36,296 bases of DNA from Clostridia bacterium (GTDB lineage Bacteria; Bacillota; Clostridia; Monoglobales; Firm-18): assembly GCA_045538345.1 (NCBI GenBank), contig JAZSRE010000046.1, positions 1 through 36,296 on the forward strand. The letters are read 5' to 3'. This document shows, piece by piece, positions 1 through 10,100 of this stretch. Positions within the stretch are counted from its first letter, which is position 1; every line of letters begins with the position of its first letter. The notes beneath the pieces are model-generated. The model saw only the letters and a program-made list of their open reading frames with translations. It was not told where the DNA came from and ran no database searches. A program made the translations under genes and the position numbers.

Positions 1-260
1 TGCAACAAAGCACGAGCTATACCGTGGCGAATTGCACCGGCCTGACCTGTAACACCGCCGCCAACTACTGTAGCGATAACGTCAAACTTACCTGTTAAGC
101 CCAAAGCTTCAAGTGGTTGACGAACGATTAGCTTTAGTGTATCCAAACCAAAATAATCATCTATATCACGCTTGTTGATTGTAACAACACCTGTACCGGG
201 AACAAGACGAACTCTGGCGATTGATTTTTTTCTTCTACCTGTACCGTAGTATCCAGCCAT
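1..260 (-). CDS. rpsI: 30S ribosomal protein S9, N-terminal part (3' end runs off the window)
   Basis: Reverse-complement translation from ATG at 260 gives [55 protein letters not shown]...[20 protein letters not shown], a typical S9. It lies directly downstream of rplM, the usual rplM-rpsI operon order. Confidence 0.9.
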   Translation of the reverse strand, partial: MAGYYGTGRRKKSIARVRLVPGTGVVTINKRDIDDYFGLDTLKLIVRQPLEALGLTGKFDVIATVVGGGVTGQAGAIRHGIARALL

Positions 261-273
261 TTAATTCACCCTC

Positions 274-711
274 CTACTTAATTTCTCTATCCCAAACGAT
301 AGGTTTCTGTGCTTCGTGAGTATGTTCAGCATTCTTGAAGATACGACATCTTGTAAGAGCTGATCTACCAAGTGTGTTGTGTGGTAGCATACCCCAAACA
401 GCCAATTCCATAGCCTTTTCAGAACGGTTAGCCATCAAATCTGAATATTTAACCGCCTTAAGACCGCCTACATAACCTGTGTGACGGTACCACATTTTCT
501 GTTCTGCCTTATTACCTGTAAGGATAGCCTTATCCGAATTGATGATGATTACATAATCACCACAATCTGAATGAGGAGTATAAGTAGGCTTATGCTTACC
601 ACGCAATATAGTAGCTGCAACAGTAGCAACACGGCCAAGAGGCTTGTTTGCTGCATCAATGATGTACCATTCTTTTTTAAGCTCTGAAGCTTTTGCCATA
701 TATGTGCTCAT
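274..711 (-). CDS. rplM: 50S ribosomal protein L13
   Basis: 145-aa ORF MSTYMAKASELKKEWYIIDAANKPLGRVATVAATILRGKHKPTYTPH... matches the L13 N-terminal signature. GGAGG RBS upstream (reverse complement of 720-724). Confidence 0.95.
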   Translation of the reverse strand: MSTYMAKASELKKEWYIIDAANKPLGRVATVAATILRGKHKPTYTPHSDCGDYVIIINSDKAILTGNKAEQKMWYRHTGYVGGLKAVKYSDLMANRSEKAMELAVWGMLPHNTLGRSALTRCRIFKNAEHTHEAQKPIVWDREIK

Positions 712-746
712 TAAAATTACCTCCTTGTCAAATTTACGACTTTATT

Positions 747-775
747 ATAATACAACAGGTTTAAAGATATGTCAA
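747..775 (-). promoter_or_regulatory. Putative sigmaA promoter of rplM-rpsI (TTGACA-17-TATTAT)
   Basis: On the minus strand, TTGACA (775..770), a 17-nt spacer, then TATTAT (752..747), about 35 nt upstream of the rplM ATG. Confidence 0.4.
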
Positions 776-940
776 GCACTTTTTTGAAATATTTTAAACT
801 GTTTTTTGCAAACTCTTAAAATCTCCGTTTTTCTCCAAAATGCTCAAAAATACGAAAAAACGATTTTTAATTATTTTTGGTGTTTTTATGGAATTTATGC
901 AATAATAGTTTAAAAAACTACCAAAAAGGGTTTTTAGGTC

Positions 941-969
941 TTTACATTTTGCCGTTTTTTTGGTAATAT
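941..969 (+). promoter_or_regulatory. Putative sigmaA promoter of the pyrH-frr-uppS... operon (TTTACA-17-TAATAT with TGn)
   Basis: TTTACA 941-946, 17-nt spacer, TGgTAATAT with the hexamer at 964-969. Confidence 0.45.
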
Positions 970-1022
970 TATTTTAAGTGTATAACTATAAAATAAGAAA
1001 AAATCAATACGGAGGATTACCA

Positions 1023-1724
1023 ATGCCGAAATACAAAAGAATTATATTAAAAGTAAGCGGAGAAGCTTTGGCGGGGTCTAAAAAAACAGGTCTTGATGAT
1101 GGAACAATAGGAAGTATCTGTGAACAGATTAAAGTAGCAGTTGAGATGGGTGTTCAAGTTGCCATTGTATGTGGTGGAGGCAATTTCTGGAGAGGCAGAA
1201 CCGGTGAAAACATGGACCGTACAAGAGCGGACCATATGGGTATGCTTGCCACTACCATAAATGCACTTGCCCTTCAAGATGCACTTGAACAGCGTGGAGT
1301 TGTTACAAGGGTACAAACTGCTATTGAAATGAAGCAGTTTGCTGAAGTTTATATAAGAAATAAGGCGGTTCGCCACCTTGAAAAGGGTAGAGTTGTTATT
1401 TTTGCATGCGGTTCGGGTAATCCTTACTTTTCAACAGATACTGCTGCGGCCCTTCGTGCAGCAGAAATTGATGCAGATGCGATTTTGCTTGCAAAAAATG
1501 TTGACAATGTATATGACAGTGATCCTAACATCAATAAAGATGCTGTTAAATATGATGAACTTACATATCTTGAAGTTATAAGCAAAGGGCTTAAGGTTAT
1601 GGACTCAACCGCTTCATCGTTATGTATGGACAATAACATTCCTTTGTTGGTATTTGGTCTTGATGACCCTAAAAATATCATTAAGGTATTAAACGGCGAA
1701 AAAATAGGAACAGTTGTAAGATAA
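1023..1724 (+). CDS. pyrH: UMP kinase
   Basis: [18 protein letters not shown]...[10 protein letters not shown]...MDSTA is a typical uridylate kinase. I moved the start from the GTG at 978 to the ATG at 1023, which has GGAGGA 6 nt upstream. Confidence 0.95.
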   Translation: MPKYKRIILKVSGEALAGSKKTGLDDGTIGSICEQIKVAVEMGVQVAIVCGGGNFWRGRTGENMDRTRADHMGMLATTINALALQDALEQRGVVTRVQTAIEMKQFAEVYIRNKAVRHLEKGRVVIFACGSGNPYFSTDTAAALRAAEIDADAILLAKNVDNVYDSDPNINKDAVKYDELTYLEVISKGLKVMDSTASSLCMDNNIPLLVFGLDDPKNIIKVLNGEKIGTVVR

Positions 1725-1744
1725 TATTTTAAGGAGGACTTTTT

Positions 1745-2299
1745 ATGAGAGCAGAACTAAAACAATTTGAAGAAAAAATGGATAAGGCCATTGCCTTTTA
1801 TTCAAATGACATTAACACAATTCGTGCAGGCAGAGCAAACCCTGCAGTTTTAGACAAAGTACAGGTAGAATATTATGGTGTACCTTCACCACTTAACCAG
1901 GTGGGTACAGTATCAGTACCTGAACCTACTATGATTGTTATTCAGCCTTGGGATGCCACACTTCTTCCAGAAATTGAAAAGGCGATCAACAAAGCTGATA
2001 TAGGCCTTACACCTCAGAATGACGGCAAGGTTATTCGTCTTAACTTCCCACCGCTTACAGAAGAAAGACGTAAGGAGCTTGCGAAAGGTCTAAGCAAAAA
2101 AACAGAAGATGCCAAGGTTAATATTCGTGGTGTTCGTCGTGATGCAATAGACTTTTTTAAGAAGGCTCAGAAAAACAGCGAAATTACAGAAGATGACCTA
2201 AAGAGTTTGGAAGATGATATTCAGAAGCTTACAGATGCAAAAATCAAGGAGCTTGAGGGCATCGGTGCTGCTAAAGAAAAGGATATTATGTCCATTTAA
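1745..2299 (+). CDS. frr: Ribosome recycling factor
   Basis: 184 aa with ...IRAGRANPAVLDKVQVEYYG...LNFPPLTEERRKEL...; canonical Frr, and follows pyrH as usual. Confidence 0.95.
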   Translation: MRAELKQFEEKMDKAIAFYSNDINTIRAGRANPAVLDKVQVEYYGVPSPLNQVGTVSVPEPTMIVIQPWDATLLPEIEKAINKADIGLTPQNDGKVIRLNFPPLTEERRKELAKGLSKKTEDAKVNIRGVRRDAIDFFKKAQKNSEITEDDLKSLEDDIQKLTDAKIKELEGIGAAKEKDIMSI

Positions 2300-2310
2300 G
2301 GGTGAAAAGT

Positions 2311-3042
2311 ATGTTTTTCAATTTTTTGAAGAAAAAACAAAATGATGTGCATGAGATAGATAAAACCAATCTGCCCATGCACATTGGTATTATTATGGAC
2401 GGTAACGGCAGGTGGGCGAAAAAACGCAGAATGCCCAGAAATGTGGGTCACCGTGCAGGCGCAGAAGTTTTAAAAAAAATTACTACATATGCAGATGAAA
2501 TAGGTATAAAGGCTATTACTGCCTATACATTTTCGACAGAAAACTGGAAGCGTCCTCAGGCGGAAATTGACGGTATTATGGCACTTTTGCGCGAATATTT
2601 GCTTGATTATAAGAAAAACCTTGGCGATAAAAATGCAGTAATTAAGGTTATAGGTGACCGTTCAGTTTTAGATGAGGATATTATTGAGCTTATGGCAAAG
2701 ACCGAAGAATTTACCAAGGATAACACAGGTGTAGTTTTGAGCCTTGCCATAAATTATGGTGGACAGGATGAAATTGTGCGTGCCGTAAATACTATTATTG
2801 AAAATGGTGAAAAGGTTACCTCTGAAAACATCGGCAAAAATCTTTATACCAGTGATTTGCCTCCGGTTGACCTTATAATAAGACCAAGCGGGGAAAAACG
2901 ACTTTCCAACTTTTTGTTGTGGCAATCTGCTTATGCAGAACTGTGGTATGACGATATTTTGTGGCCTGATTTTTCTATTGAAAAATTTAACGAGGCCATT
3001 ATAGATTTCCAAAAACGTAACAGACGTTTTGGCGGGGTTTGA
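2311..3042 (+). CDS. uppS: Undecaprenyl diphosphate synthase (cis-prenyltransferase)
   Basis: HIGIIMDGNGRWAKKR...FSTENWKRP...RPSGEKRLSNFLLWQSAYAELW motifs. ATG 2311 has AAGGGTG about 7 nt upstream; the ORF-track GTG at 2302 is the alternative start. Confidence 0.93.
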   Translation: MFFNFLKKKQNDVHEIDKTNLPMHIGIIMDGNGRWAKKRRMPRNVGHRAGAEVLKKITTYADEIGIKAITAYTFSTENWKRPQAEIDGIMALLREYLLDYKKNLGDKNAVIKVIGDRSVLDEDIIELMAKTEEFTKDNTGVVLSLAINYGGQDEIVRAVNTIIENGEKVTSENIGKNLYTSDLPPVDLIIRPSGEKRLSNFLLWQSAYAELWYDDILWPDFSIEKFNEAIIDFQKRNRRFGGV

Positions 3043-3063
3043 TAATTGAAGGGATTGATGTAG

Positions 3064-3864
3064 TTGAAACAACGAGTAATTACAGGAGTAGTGTTGGTTG
3101 TACTTCTTATTGCAATACTTGCACTTGGAACGCCTTTTGTTGAAATGGCAGTTATAATGCTTGCGGCAGTTGGTGTAACCGAACTTTTTAGTGCAACAAA
3201 ACTTGCGGGCAACAAGAAATTATTGATGATGTCTGTTGCGGGAACTTTAGTTATGATGAGTATACAGAGTTTTGGAGCACAATATTTCACCCCTGCTTTA
3301 TATGTGTACATAGTTGCAACCTTTATAATGTATATGGCAAATATGGGTAAGATTGAGCTTAAGGATATAGCCATATCATTTTTCCTAACAGTTTATGTAT
3401 CTTTTATGTTTGTTCACATTATATTGGTGCGAAATATGTATAATGGCAACCTGCTTATATGGTTGGTGCTTATAGGTGCTTTTGTTACTGATACTGCAGC
3501 TTTATATGCGGGCAAATTTTTTGGTAAAAACAAGTTGTGCCCAAAACTCAGTCCTAAAAAGACCGTTGAGGGAAGTATTGGCGGTATTATCGGATGCATA
3601 GTTGCAACATTGATTTTTTGTTTTGTAGCTGAAATTGGTTTTGGACTTGAAGCAAATTATTTTTGGGCGATGGTTGTAGGCTTTGGTGCATCTTGTGTAT
3701 CTCAGCTTGGAGACCTTTCTGCATCCTGCATTAAAAGACAGTTTGGAATAAAAGATTATGGAAAGCTAATGCCTGGACATGGTGGTGTTATGGATAGATT
3801 TGACAGCTTGTTTTTTGTAGCACCTTTTATATATTATGTTATGACATTTGCTCCAATATTCTAA
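3064..3864 (+). CDS. cdsA: Phosphatidate cytidylyltransferase (CDP-diglyceride synthase)
   Basis: Polytopic membrane protein with the C-terminal SxxKRxxGxKDxGxLxPGHGGxxDRxD signature (SCIKRQFGIKDYGKLMPGHGGVMDRFD). TTG start. Confidence 0.9.
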   Translation: MKQRVITGVVLVVLLIAILALGTPFVEMAVIMLAAVGVTELFSATKLAGNKKLLMMSVAGTLVMMSIQSFGAQYFTPALYVYIVATFIMYMANMGKIELKDIAISFFLTVYVSFMFVHIILVRNMYNGNLLIWLVLIGAFVTDTAALYAGKFFGKNKLCPKLSPKKTVEGSIGGIIGCIVATLIFCFVAEIGFGLEANYFWAMVVGFGASCVSQLGDLSASCIKRQFGIKDYGKLMPGHGGVMDRFDSLFFVAPFIYYVMTFAPIF

Positions 3865-3881
3865 CATACATTACTTAGCTA

Positions 3882-5042
3882 ATGAAAGGTCAGATAAACT
3901 TGAAAAAAATATCAATTATAGGAAGTACAGGCTCAATCGGCACACAAACTCTGGAGGTTTGCGAAAACCTCCAAAATGTGCAGGTTATGGGCCTTTCTGC
4001 AAATAATAACGTAAAATTGGCAGAAGAACAAATAAGAAAATATAAACCAAAGCTTTTTGCGATGGTTAATGAAAATTCTGCAAAGGAACTTGAAATTGCC
4101 GTTGCAGATACTGATACAAAGGTTATTTCAGGCACAGACTGTATGAGTGAAATAAGCACAATGGCTGAAATTGATACAGTTGTAACTTCTGTTGTGGGTA
4201 TAGCAGGGCTTGTGCCTACCATGAATGCAATAAAAAGTGGGGTAAATATTGCCCTTGCAAACAAGGAGACTCTTGTTACTGCAGGAAGTATTGTTATGGA
4301 TACGGCAAAGGAAAATAATGTTAGTATTTTACCTGTCGACAGTGAACACAGTGCAATTTTCCAGAGTATCGGGAACCACCTTCAAAGTGAAATAAACAGA
4401 CTTATCATTACTGCTTCGGGAGGGTCGTTTTACGGTAAAAAAGCAGATGAGCTTGAAAATGTAACTGTTAAGGAAGCACTTAACCATCCTAACTGGAGTA
4501 TGGGGAAAAAAATCACAATAGATTCTGCTACACTTATGAACAAGGGCCTTGAGGTAATTGAGGCGCACTGGCTTTTTGGCATGGATTATGAAAACATAGA
4601 TGTAGTTGTTCATAGAGAAAGCATAATACATTCACTTGTTGAATTTAAGGATATGAGTGTTATTGCTCAGCTTGGGCTTCCTGATATGAAGCTTCCCATT
4701 CATTATGCGCTATGTTATCCAAAAAGGGTGTCTTCCAATGTAAAACAGCTTAATTTGTGGGATATTTCAAAGCTTACATTTGATAAGCCTGATTACGAAA
4801 CCTTTAAATGCCTGTCCCTTGCCATAAAGGCAGGAATGGAAGGGGGAACTATGCCTACTGTACTTAACGGTGCAAATGAGGTGGCGGTAGAGTTGTTCTT
4901 AAAGGGCAAAATTAAGTTTAATGATATTGCACGTATTGTTGAGAGTGCAATGGATAATCATAAAAATGTTTTAAAACCAACTTTGGACGATATAATATAT
5001 ACTGACAGATGTGTCAGAGAAGAGGTATATTCAAAATGTTGA
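3882..5042 (+). CDS. dxr: 1-deoxy-D-xylulose 5-phosphate reductoisomerase
   Basis: ISIIGSTGSIG NADPH motif, LPVDSEHSAI, NHPNWSMG. The real start may be TTG at 3900 (MKKISIIGSTGSIG), which has GAAAGG 9 nt upstream. Confidence 0.93.
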   Translation: MKGQINLKKISIIGSTGSIGTQTLEVCENLQNVQVMGLSANNNVKLAEEQIRKYKPKLFAMVNENSAKELEIAVADTDTKVISGTDCMSEISTMAEIDTVVTSVVGIAGLVPTMNAIKSGVNIALANKETLVTAGSIVMDTAKENNVSILPVDSEHSAIFQSIGNHLQSEINRLIITASGGSFYGKKADELENVTVKEALNHPNWSMGKKITIDSATLMNKGLEVIEAHWLFGMDYENIDVVVHRESIIHSLVEFKDMSVIAQLGLPDMKLPIHYALCYPKRVSSNVKQLNLWDISKLTFDKPDYETFKCLSLAIKAGMEGGTMPTVLNGANEVAVELFLKGKIKFNDIARIVESAMDNHKNVLKPTLDDIIYTDRCVREEVYSKC

Positions 5043-6052
5043 CAGTAATTTCGGCAGTAGTTGTATTTATGGTACTTGTACTAGTACACGAATTTGGACA
5101 TTTTATTACTGCAAAGCTTTGCGGTGTAACTGTGCACGAATTTGCTATTGGTATGGGGCCTGTAATTTTCAAAAAGAAATATAAAGATACAACATATTCA
5201 CTTCGTTGTATTCCCATAGGCGGTTTTTGTGCTATGGAGGGTGAAGATGAAGAGAGTGATGACGAAGGCTCATTTGGCAGAAAAACACCGTGGCAGAGGT
5301 TGTTGGTACTGGTCTCAGGCGCGTTGATGAATTTGGTGTTGGGATTTGTGTTGCTTACTGTTGTAATGTTTTCTTCCAATTACACCCAGGTTGCTGTACC
5401 TGTTATAAACGAGGTGCAGGTGCAATCTGCTGCAGAAGAGGTAGGGCTTCAAAATGGTGATAAAATACTAAAGGTTAACGGAGTACGTACCGAAACATAT
5501 ACGGAATTGAAATTTGAACTTTCCAGATACAGTGGTGGAAGTATAGAGGTTGAATATATAAGAGACGGAAAAACAAATAAAACATCACTTACTCCTAAAA
5601 AAGGTGATGATGGAGCTTACTATATAGGTTTTGCACCAAAGATGGAGCCCCTTAATTTTGGAAGCAGATTATATAATGCATGGCACCATACTTTGTTTTA
5701 TGGCAAGGCAATAGTCGTTTCACTTGCCGACCTTGTAACGGGCAAGGTTGGTATGGAGGCTATGTCAGGGCCGGTAGGCATTGTTTCAGAAATAGGCAAA
5801 TCTGCAAAATTGGGGTGGGAATCACTTTTTGGCCTTGCGGCACTTATAACAATAAACCTTGGAATATTTAACTTGTTGCCGTTGCCTGCACTTGATGGTG
5901 GCAGAGTGCTTTTTGTGTTTGCAGAAATCATAACACGAAAAAAAATACCTGCCGATAAGGAAGGGCTTATCCATTTTATCGGTTTTGCACTTTTAATTGT
6001 GCTGATGCTTTTTGCTACATGGCAGGATATAATGCGGCTTATAACAAAATAA
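5036..6052 (+). CDS. rseP: RIP metalloprotease RseP/YluC family (site-2 protease)
   Basis: HEFGH zinc motif near the N-terminus, an internal PDZ-like segment, and NLLPLPALDGG near the C-terminus. Start placed at ATG 5036, overlapping the dxr stop (ATGTTGA). Confidence 0.9.
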   Translation: MLTVISAVVVFMVLVLVHEFGHFITAKLCGVTVHEFAIGMGPVIFKKKYKDTTYSLRCIPIGGFCAMEGEDEESDDEGSFGRKTPWQRLLVLVSGALMNLVLGFVLLTVVMFSSNYTQVAVPVINEVQVQSAAEEVGLQNGDKILKVNGVRTETYTELKFELSRYSGGSIEVEYIRDGKTNKTSLTPKKGDDGAYYIGFAPKMEPLNFGSRLYNAWHHTLFYGKAIVVSLADLVTGKVGMEAMSGPVGIVSEIGKSAKLGWESLFGLAALITINLGIFNLLPLPALDGGRVLFVFAEIITRKKIPADKEGLIHFIGFALLIVLMLFATWQDIMRLITK

Positions 6053-6067
6053 AAGGAAGTTGATTTT

Positions 6068-7117
6068 ATGCTTACTTTAAGAGATAATACAAAACCTGTA
6101 TATGCTAAAGGGGTTAAAATAGGTGGCGGAGGAGTGGTTGTACAGAGTATGTGCAACACTAAAACTGCCGATGTTTCTGCCACTTTAGAGCAGATAAAAG
6201 GTCTTGTGGAAGAGGGTTGCGAAATTGTACGCCTTGCAGTGCCTGATATGGATGCGGCAAAGGCATTTGATAAAATATGCAGCAGTGTGGATATTCCCGT
6301 TGTTGCGGATATTCATTTCGATTATAAACTTGCCCTTGAATGTGTTAGAAACGGTGCGGCAAAAATACGCATAAACCCAGGTAACATCGGGGGTATGGAC
6401 AGAGTAGAGGCAGTTGCAAAGGCATGCCGTGAAAATAAAATACCTATTCGCATAGGCGTTAATATGGGGTCTATTGATAAGGAAATGGAAAAGAAGTATG
6501 GCAGAACGCCTAAGGCTATGGTAGAAAGTGCATTTATGCACATTGGCCTTTTAAACAAATTTGATTTCGACGACATAGTGTTGTCACTAAAGGCGTCTGA
6601 TGTTTTGAAAACTGTTGAAGCGTATAGACTTATGAGTGAAAGTTGTAATTATCCGTTGCATATTGGCATAACAGAAGCCGGGACTGCTTATTCAGGGCTT
6701 ATTAAGTCATCTGTTGGAATAGGTGCACTTTTAATGGATGGCATAGGAGATACAATAAGAGTATCACTTACTGCACCGCCTGTTGAGGAAATTACAGCGG
6801 CAAAGTACATATTAAAGTCTGTTGGCTTAAAGACGGGCGGAATAGAGTTTGTTTCCTGTCCCTCATGCGGAAGATGCAAGATAAACCAGGTAGAGGTTGC
6901 CAACAAGGTGGAAAAAGCGCTTAATAAAATTGACAAACCCATAAAGGTTGCGGTTATGGGATGTGCGGTTAACGGGCCCGGTGAGGCAAAGGATGCAGAC
7001 ATTGGTGTTGCAGGCGGAGATGGATTTGCGCTTTTGTTTAAAAAAGGAGAAATTATACGCAAAATTCCCGAAGATAAAATACTTGAAACTTTAGTAAAAG
7101 AAATTGAGGAAATGTAA
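6068..7117 (+). CDS. ispG: 4-hydroxy-3-methylbut-2-en-1-yl diphosphate synthase
   Basis: VQSMCNT, RINPGNIG, and SCPSCGR...GCAVNGPGEA (Fe-S cluster cysteines) are typical GcpE/IspG. Confidence 0.95.
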   Translation: MLTLRDNTKPVYAKGVKIGGGGVVVQSMCNTKTADVSATLEQIKGLVEEGCEIVRLAVPDMDAAKAFDKICSSVDIPVVADIHFDYKLALECVRNGAAKIRINPGNIGGMDRVEAVAKACRENKIPIRIGVNMGSIDKEMEKKYGRTPKAMVESAFMHIGLLNKFDFDDIVLSLKASDVLKTVEAYRLMSESCNYPLHIGITEAGTAYSGLIKSSVGIGALLMDGIGDTIRVSLTAPPVEEITAAKYILKSVGLKTGGIEFVSCPSCGRCKINQVEVANKVEKALNKIDKPIKVAVMGCAVNGPGEAKDADIGVAGGDGFALLFKKGEIIRKIPEDKILETLVKEIEEM

Positions 7118-10100
7118 TGAGGTACTTATCAGATATATTTAAACTGGTAGACAATGAAATATTAAAACATTCCCAGGCGGTAAGCGTTTCTGTGTATCAG
7201 GAAAACCGCGCAATGGAAATTGTTGCAAAATGCGTAAAGATGGTTCGCAGAGAATCTGCAAAAAATCTTGAACAGCAGATTTTAAAGGCATATAACCTTA
7301 AGGATATATGCCTTGAATTTGTGTATGATAAAGAAATTTTTAATGCAAATTCCATAAAGACGGTTGCAGGGTATGTTACAGAATATCCCCAGCTTGTTCC
7401 GGTTTTGAATAATGCGGAAATTAAGCTTGACGGCAATGTGTTGTCAATAGATTGTCTTGGCGGAGCCATAGTTGATGAAGAAGCAAAAATTCTTCTTGCA
7501 GAAAAGGTAAAGAAGATGTTTGATATAGATATTGAAATTAAATTTATTCAGACAAAAACAGAGGAAGAAATAGAGGAAAAATTTGAACTTGAAAAACAGG
7601 AAATATTGGAAAATATTGAAAAGGCACGTCAAACATTAGAGGAGACAAAGAAAAAATCTCCCGTAATATACGGACGTGAAATAAAGGGAACACCCGATAT
7701 TGAAATTGGCGATATAACAGAACTTTCGGGCAGAGTAATAATAGACGGATATCTGTTTAAAAAATCACCTGACATCAGGGAAACAAGAAATGGTGCGCAT
7801 ATTGTAACCTTTAGCATAACAGATGATAAAAACGCAATAAACTGTAAGATATTCACAGATGACAACAATGCTTTTGCAATTTTGGAAAACAGACTAAAAA
7901 AAGGGACTGCACTTAGAGTACGAGGATTGGCTCAGGTTGATAAATATGCAAGAGAACTTTTAATAAATGTCAGTGATATAAACACTATTGAGTGGGAAAA
8001 GCGTACTGATGAAGCCGAAGAAAAACGTGTAGAACTTCATATGCATACAAAAATGTCTACAATGGATGCTATGACAGATGCCGAAGTTTTAGTTAACCAG
8101 GCAATAAAGTGGGGGCACAAGGCAGTTGCAATAACCGACCACGGTGACGTACAGGCTTTCCCTGAAGCTTATCACGCGTCAAATTGGGGTAAGGATATTA
8201 AAATTCTTTACGGCGTGGAATGTTATCTTGTAAATGACAGTACTAATGCAGTTGTAAACCCATGCGAAAAAGGCCTTGACAGTGAATTTGTAGTATTTGA
8301 TATTGAAACAACAGGGCTTTCGCCTTTAACCGAGGCAATTACTGAGATTGGTGCAGTTAAAATAAAAAACGGGCAGATTGTAGATTCATTTAATACTTTT
8401 GTAAATCCTATGAAGCCTATACCTCAGAAAATAGTAGAGCTTACAGGTATAACAGATGCAATGGTTGAGAATGCTCAACCCATATCTGTTGTGCTTCCGC
8501 AGTTTTATGAATTCATCGGAGATGCAACACTTGTTGCACATAATGCCGGCTTTGACACTTCATTTATAAAAAATGCAGCAAAGGAAAATGGGATGGATTT
8601 TAGCTTTTGCTATATTGATACTTTGGAACTTTCCCGTTCCCTTGTAAATGGTGTTAAAAACTATAAGCTTGATACCCTTACAAAGTATTTTAATGTAAAA
8701 CTTGAAAATCATCACAGGGCGTGTGATGATGCAATGGCAACAGCCCACGTGTTTTTAAAGCTTGTTGGTATATTAAAGGAAAAAGAAGTGGAAAAAGTAA
8801 GTGATATAAACAATGCCCTTGAAGGTTCAACAGATGTAAAATCACTTAAAACGTACCATGCCATTATATTGGTACAAACTCAGGAGGGTATGCAGAACTT
8901 GTATAAAATAGTTTCTGCATCTCACCTTGACTATTTTTACAGACGCCCGCGTGTGCCAAAAAGCCTTATACAAAAATACCGCAAGGGTTTGATTATAGGT
9001 TCTGCCTGTGAAGCGGGGGAATTGTATCAGGAAATTCTTAAAAATCCATATAACATTGACAGGGATGAAGTCAATAAAATAGTGGATTTTTATGACTACC
9101 TTGAAATTCAGCCTCTTGGCAACAACGGCTTTATGCTTCGTGAAAATATGGTTGAAAATGAAGAAACTCTAAAGCATATTAATAAGGCTATTATAGAAAT
9201 AGGCAAGGAAAACGGCAAGCTTACGGTTGCAACCTGTGATGTGCATTTTATGAATGCCCACGATTCTATTTACCGTGCAATTTTGCAAGCGGGGCAGGGT
9301 TTTGCAGATGCAGATAACCAGGCACCATTATATTTCCGCACAACGGAAGAAATGCTTGATGAATTTGCATATCTTGGAAAAGACCTTGCATACGAGGTTG
9401 TTGTAACAAATACAAATAAGATTGCCGACAGTATAGATAACTTAAAACCTGTCCCTGATGAAAAGGCACCGCCTGAAATTCCGGGGTCTGATGACGAACT
9501 TCGCAAACTTACTTATGATAAAGCAAAGAGTATTTACGGTGATGACTTGCCTGAAATAGTAAAGGACCGAGTTGATATAGAACTTGAATCTATTATTAGT
9601 AATGGGTATTCAGTGCTTTATATTATCGCGCAAAAGCTTGTTAAAAAGTCAAATGACGATGGATATCTGGTAGGAAGCCGAGGCTCCGTTGGATCATCTC
9701 TTGTTGCTTTTATGAGTGGTATTACAGAGGTTAACTCTTTGCCACCACATTATGTTTGCCCAAAATGTAAACATAATGAATTTTTTGCAGACGGTTCGGT
9801 TGGTTGCGGGTTTGACTTGCCTGATAAAAATTGTCCTCACTGCGGAGAATCTATGATTAAAGATGGGCACGATATACCTTTCCAGACATTTTTGGGCTTT
9901 AAAGGTGATAAAGAGCCCGATATTGACCTTAACTTTTCAGGTGAATATCAGCCTGTTGCACATAAGTATGTTGAGGAACTGTTTGGAGAAGGCCATGTGT
10001 TCCGTGCAGGTACAATAGGTACTGTTGCAGAAAAAACCGCATACGGCTTCGTGAAAAAATATTATGACGAAAAGGGAATAATCCCTACAAATGCACAAAT

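Noticed and set aside
5698-6183. Long antisense ORFs in the track. Examples: 5698..6183, 10546..11016, 14838..15329, 16252..16683, 33880..34314, 2931..3374 and 1047..1376.
   Set aside because: Each lies wholly inside, and opposite to, a gene with clear family motifs. Their products are low-complexity or unlike any family I recognise, and none has an RBS. They are shadow ORFs typical of AT-rich DNA.
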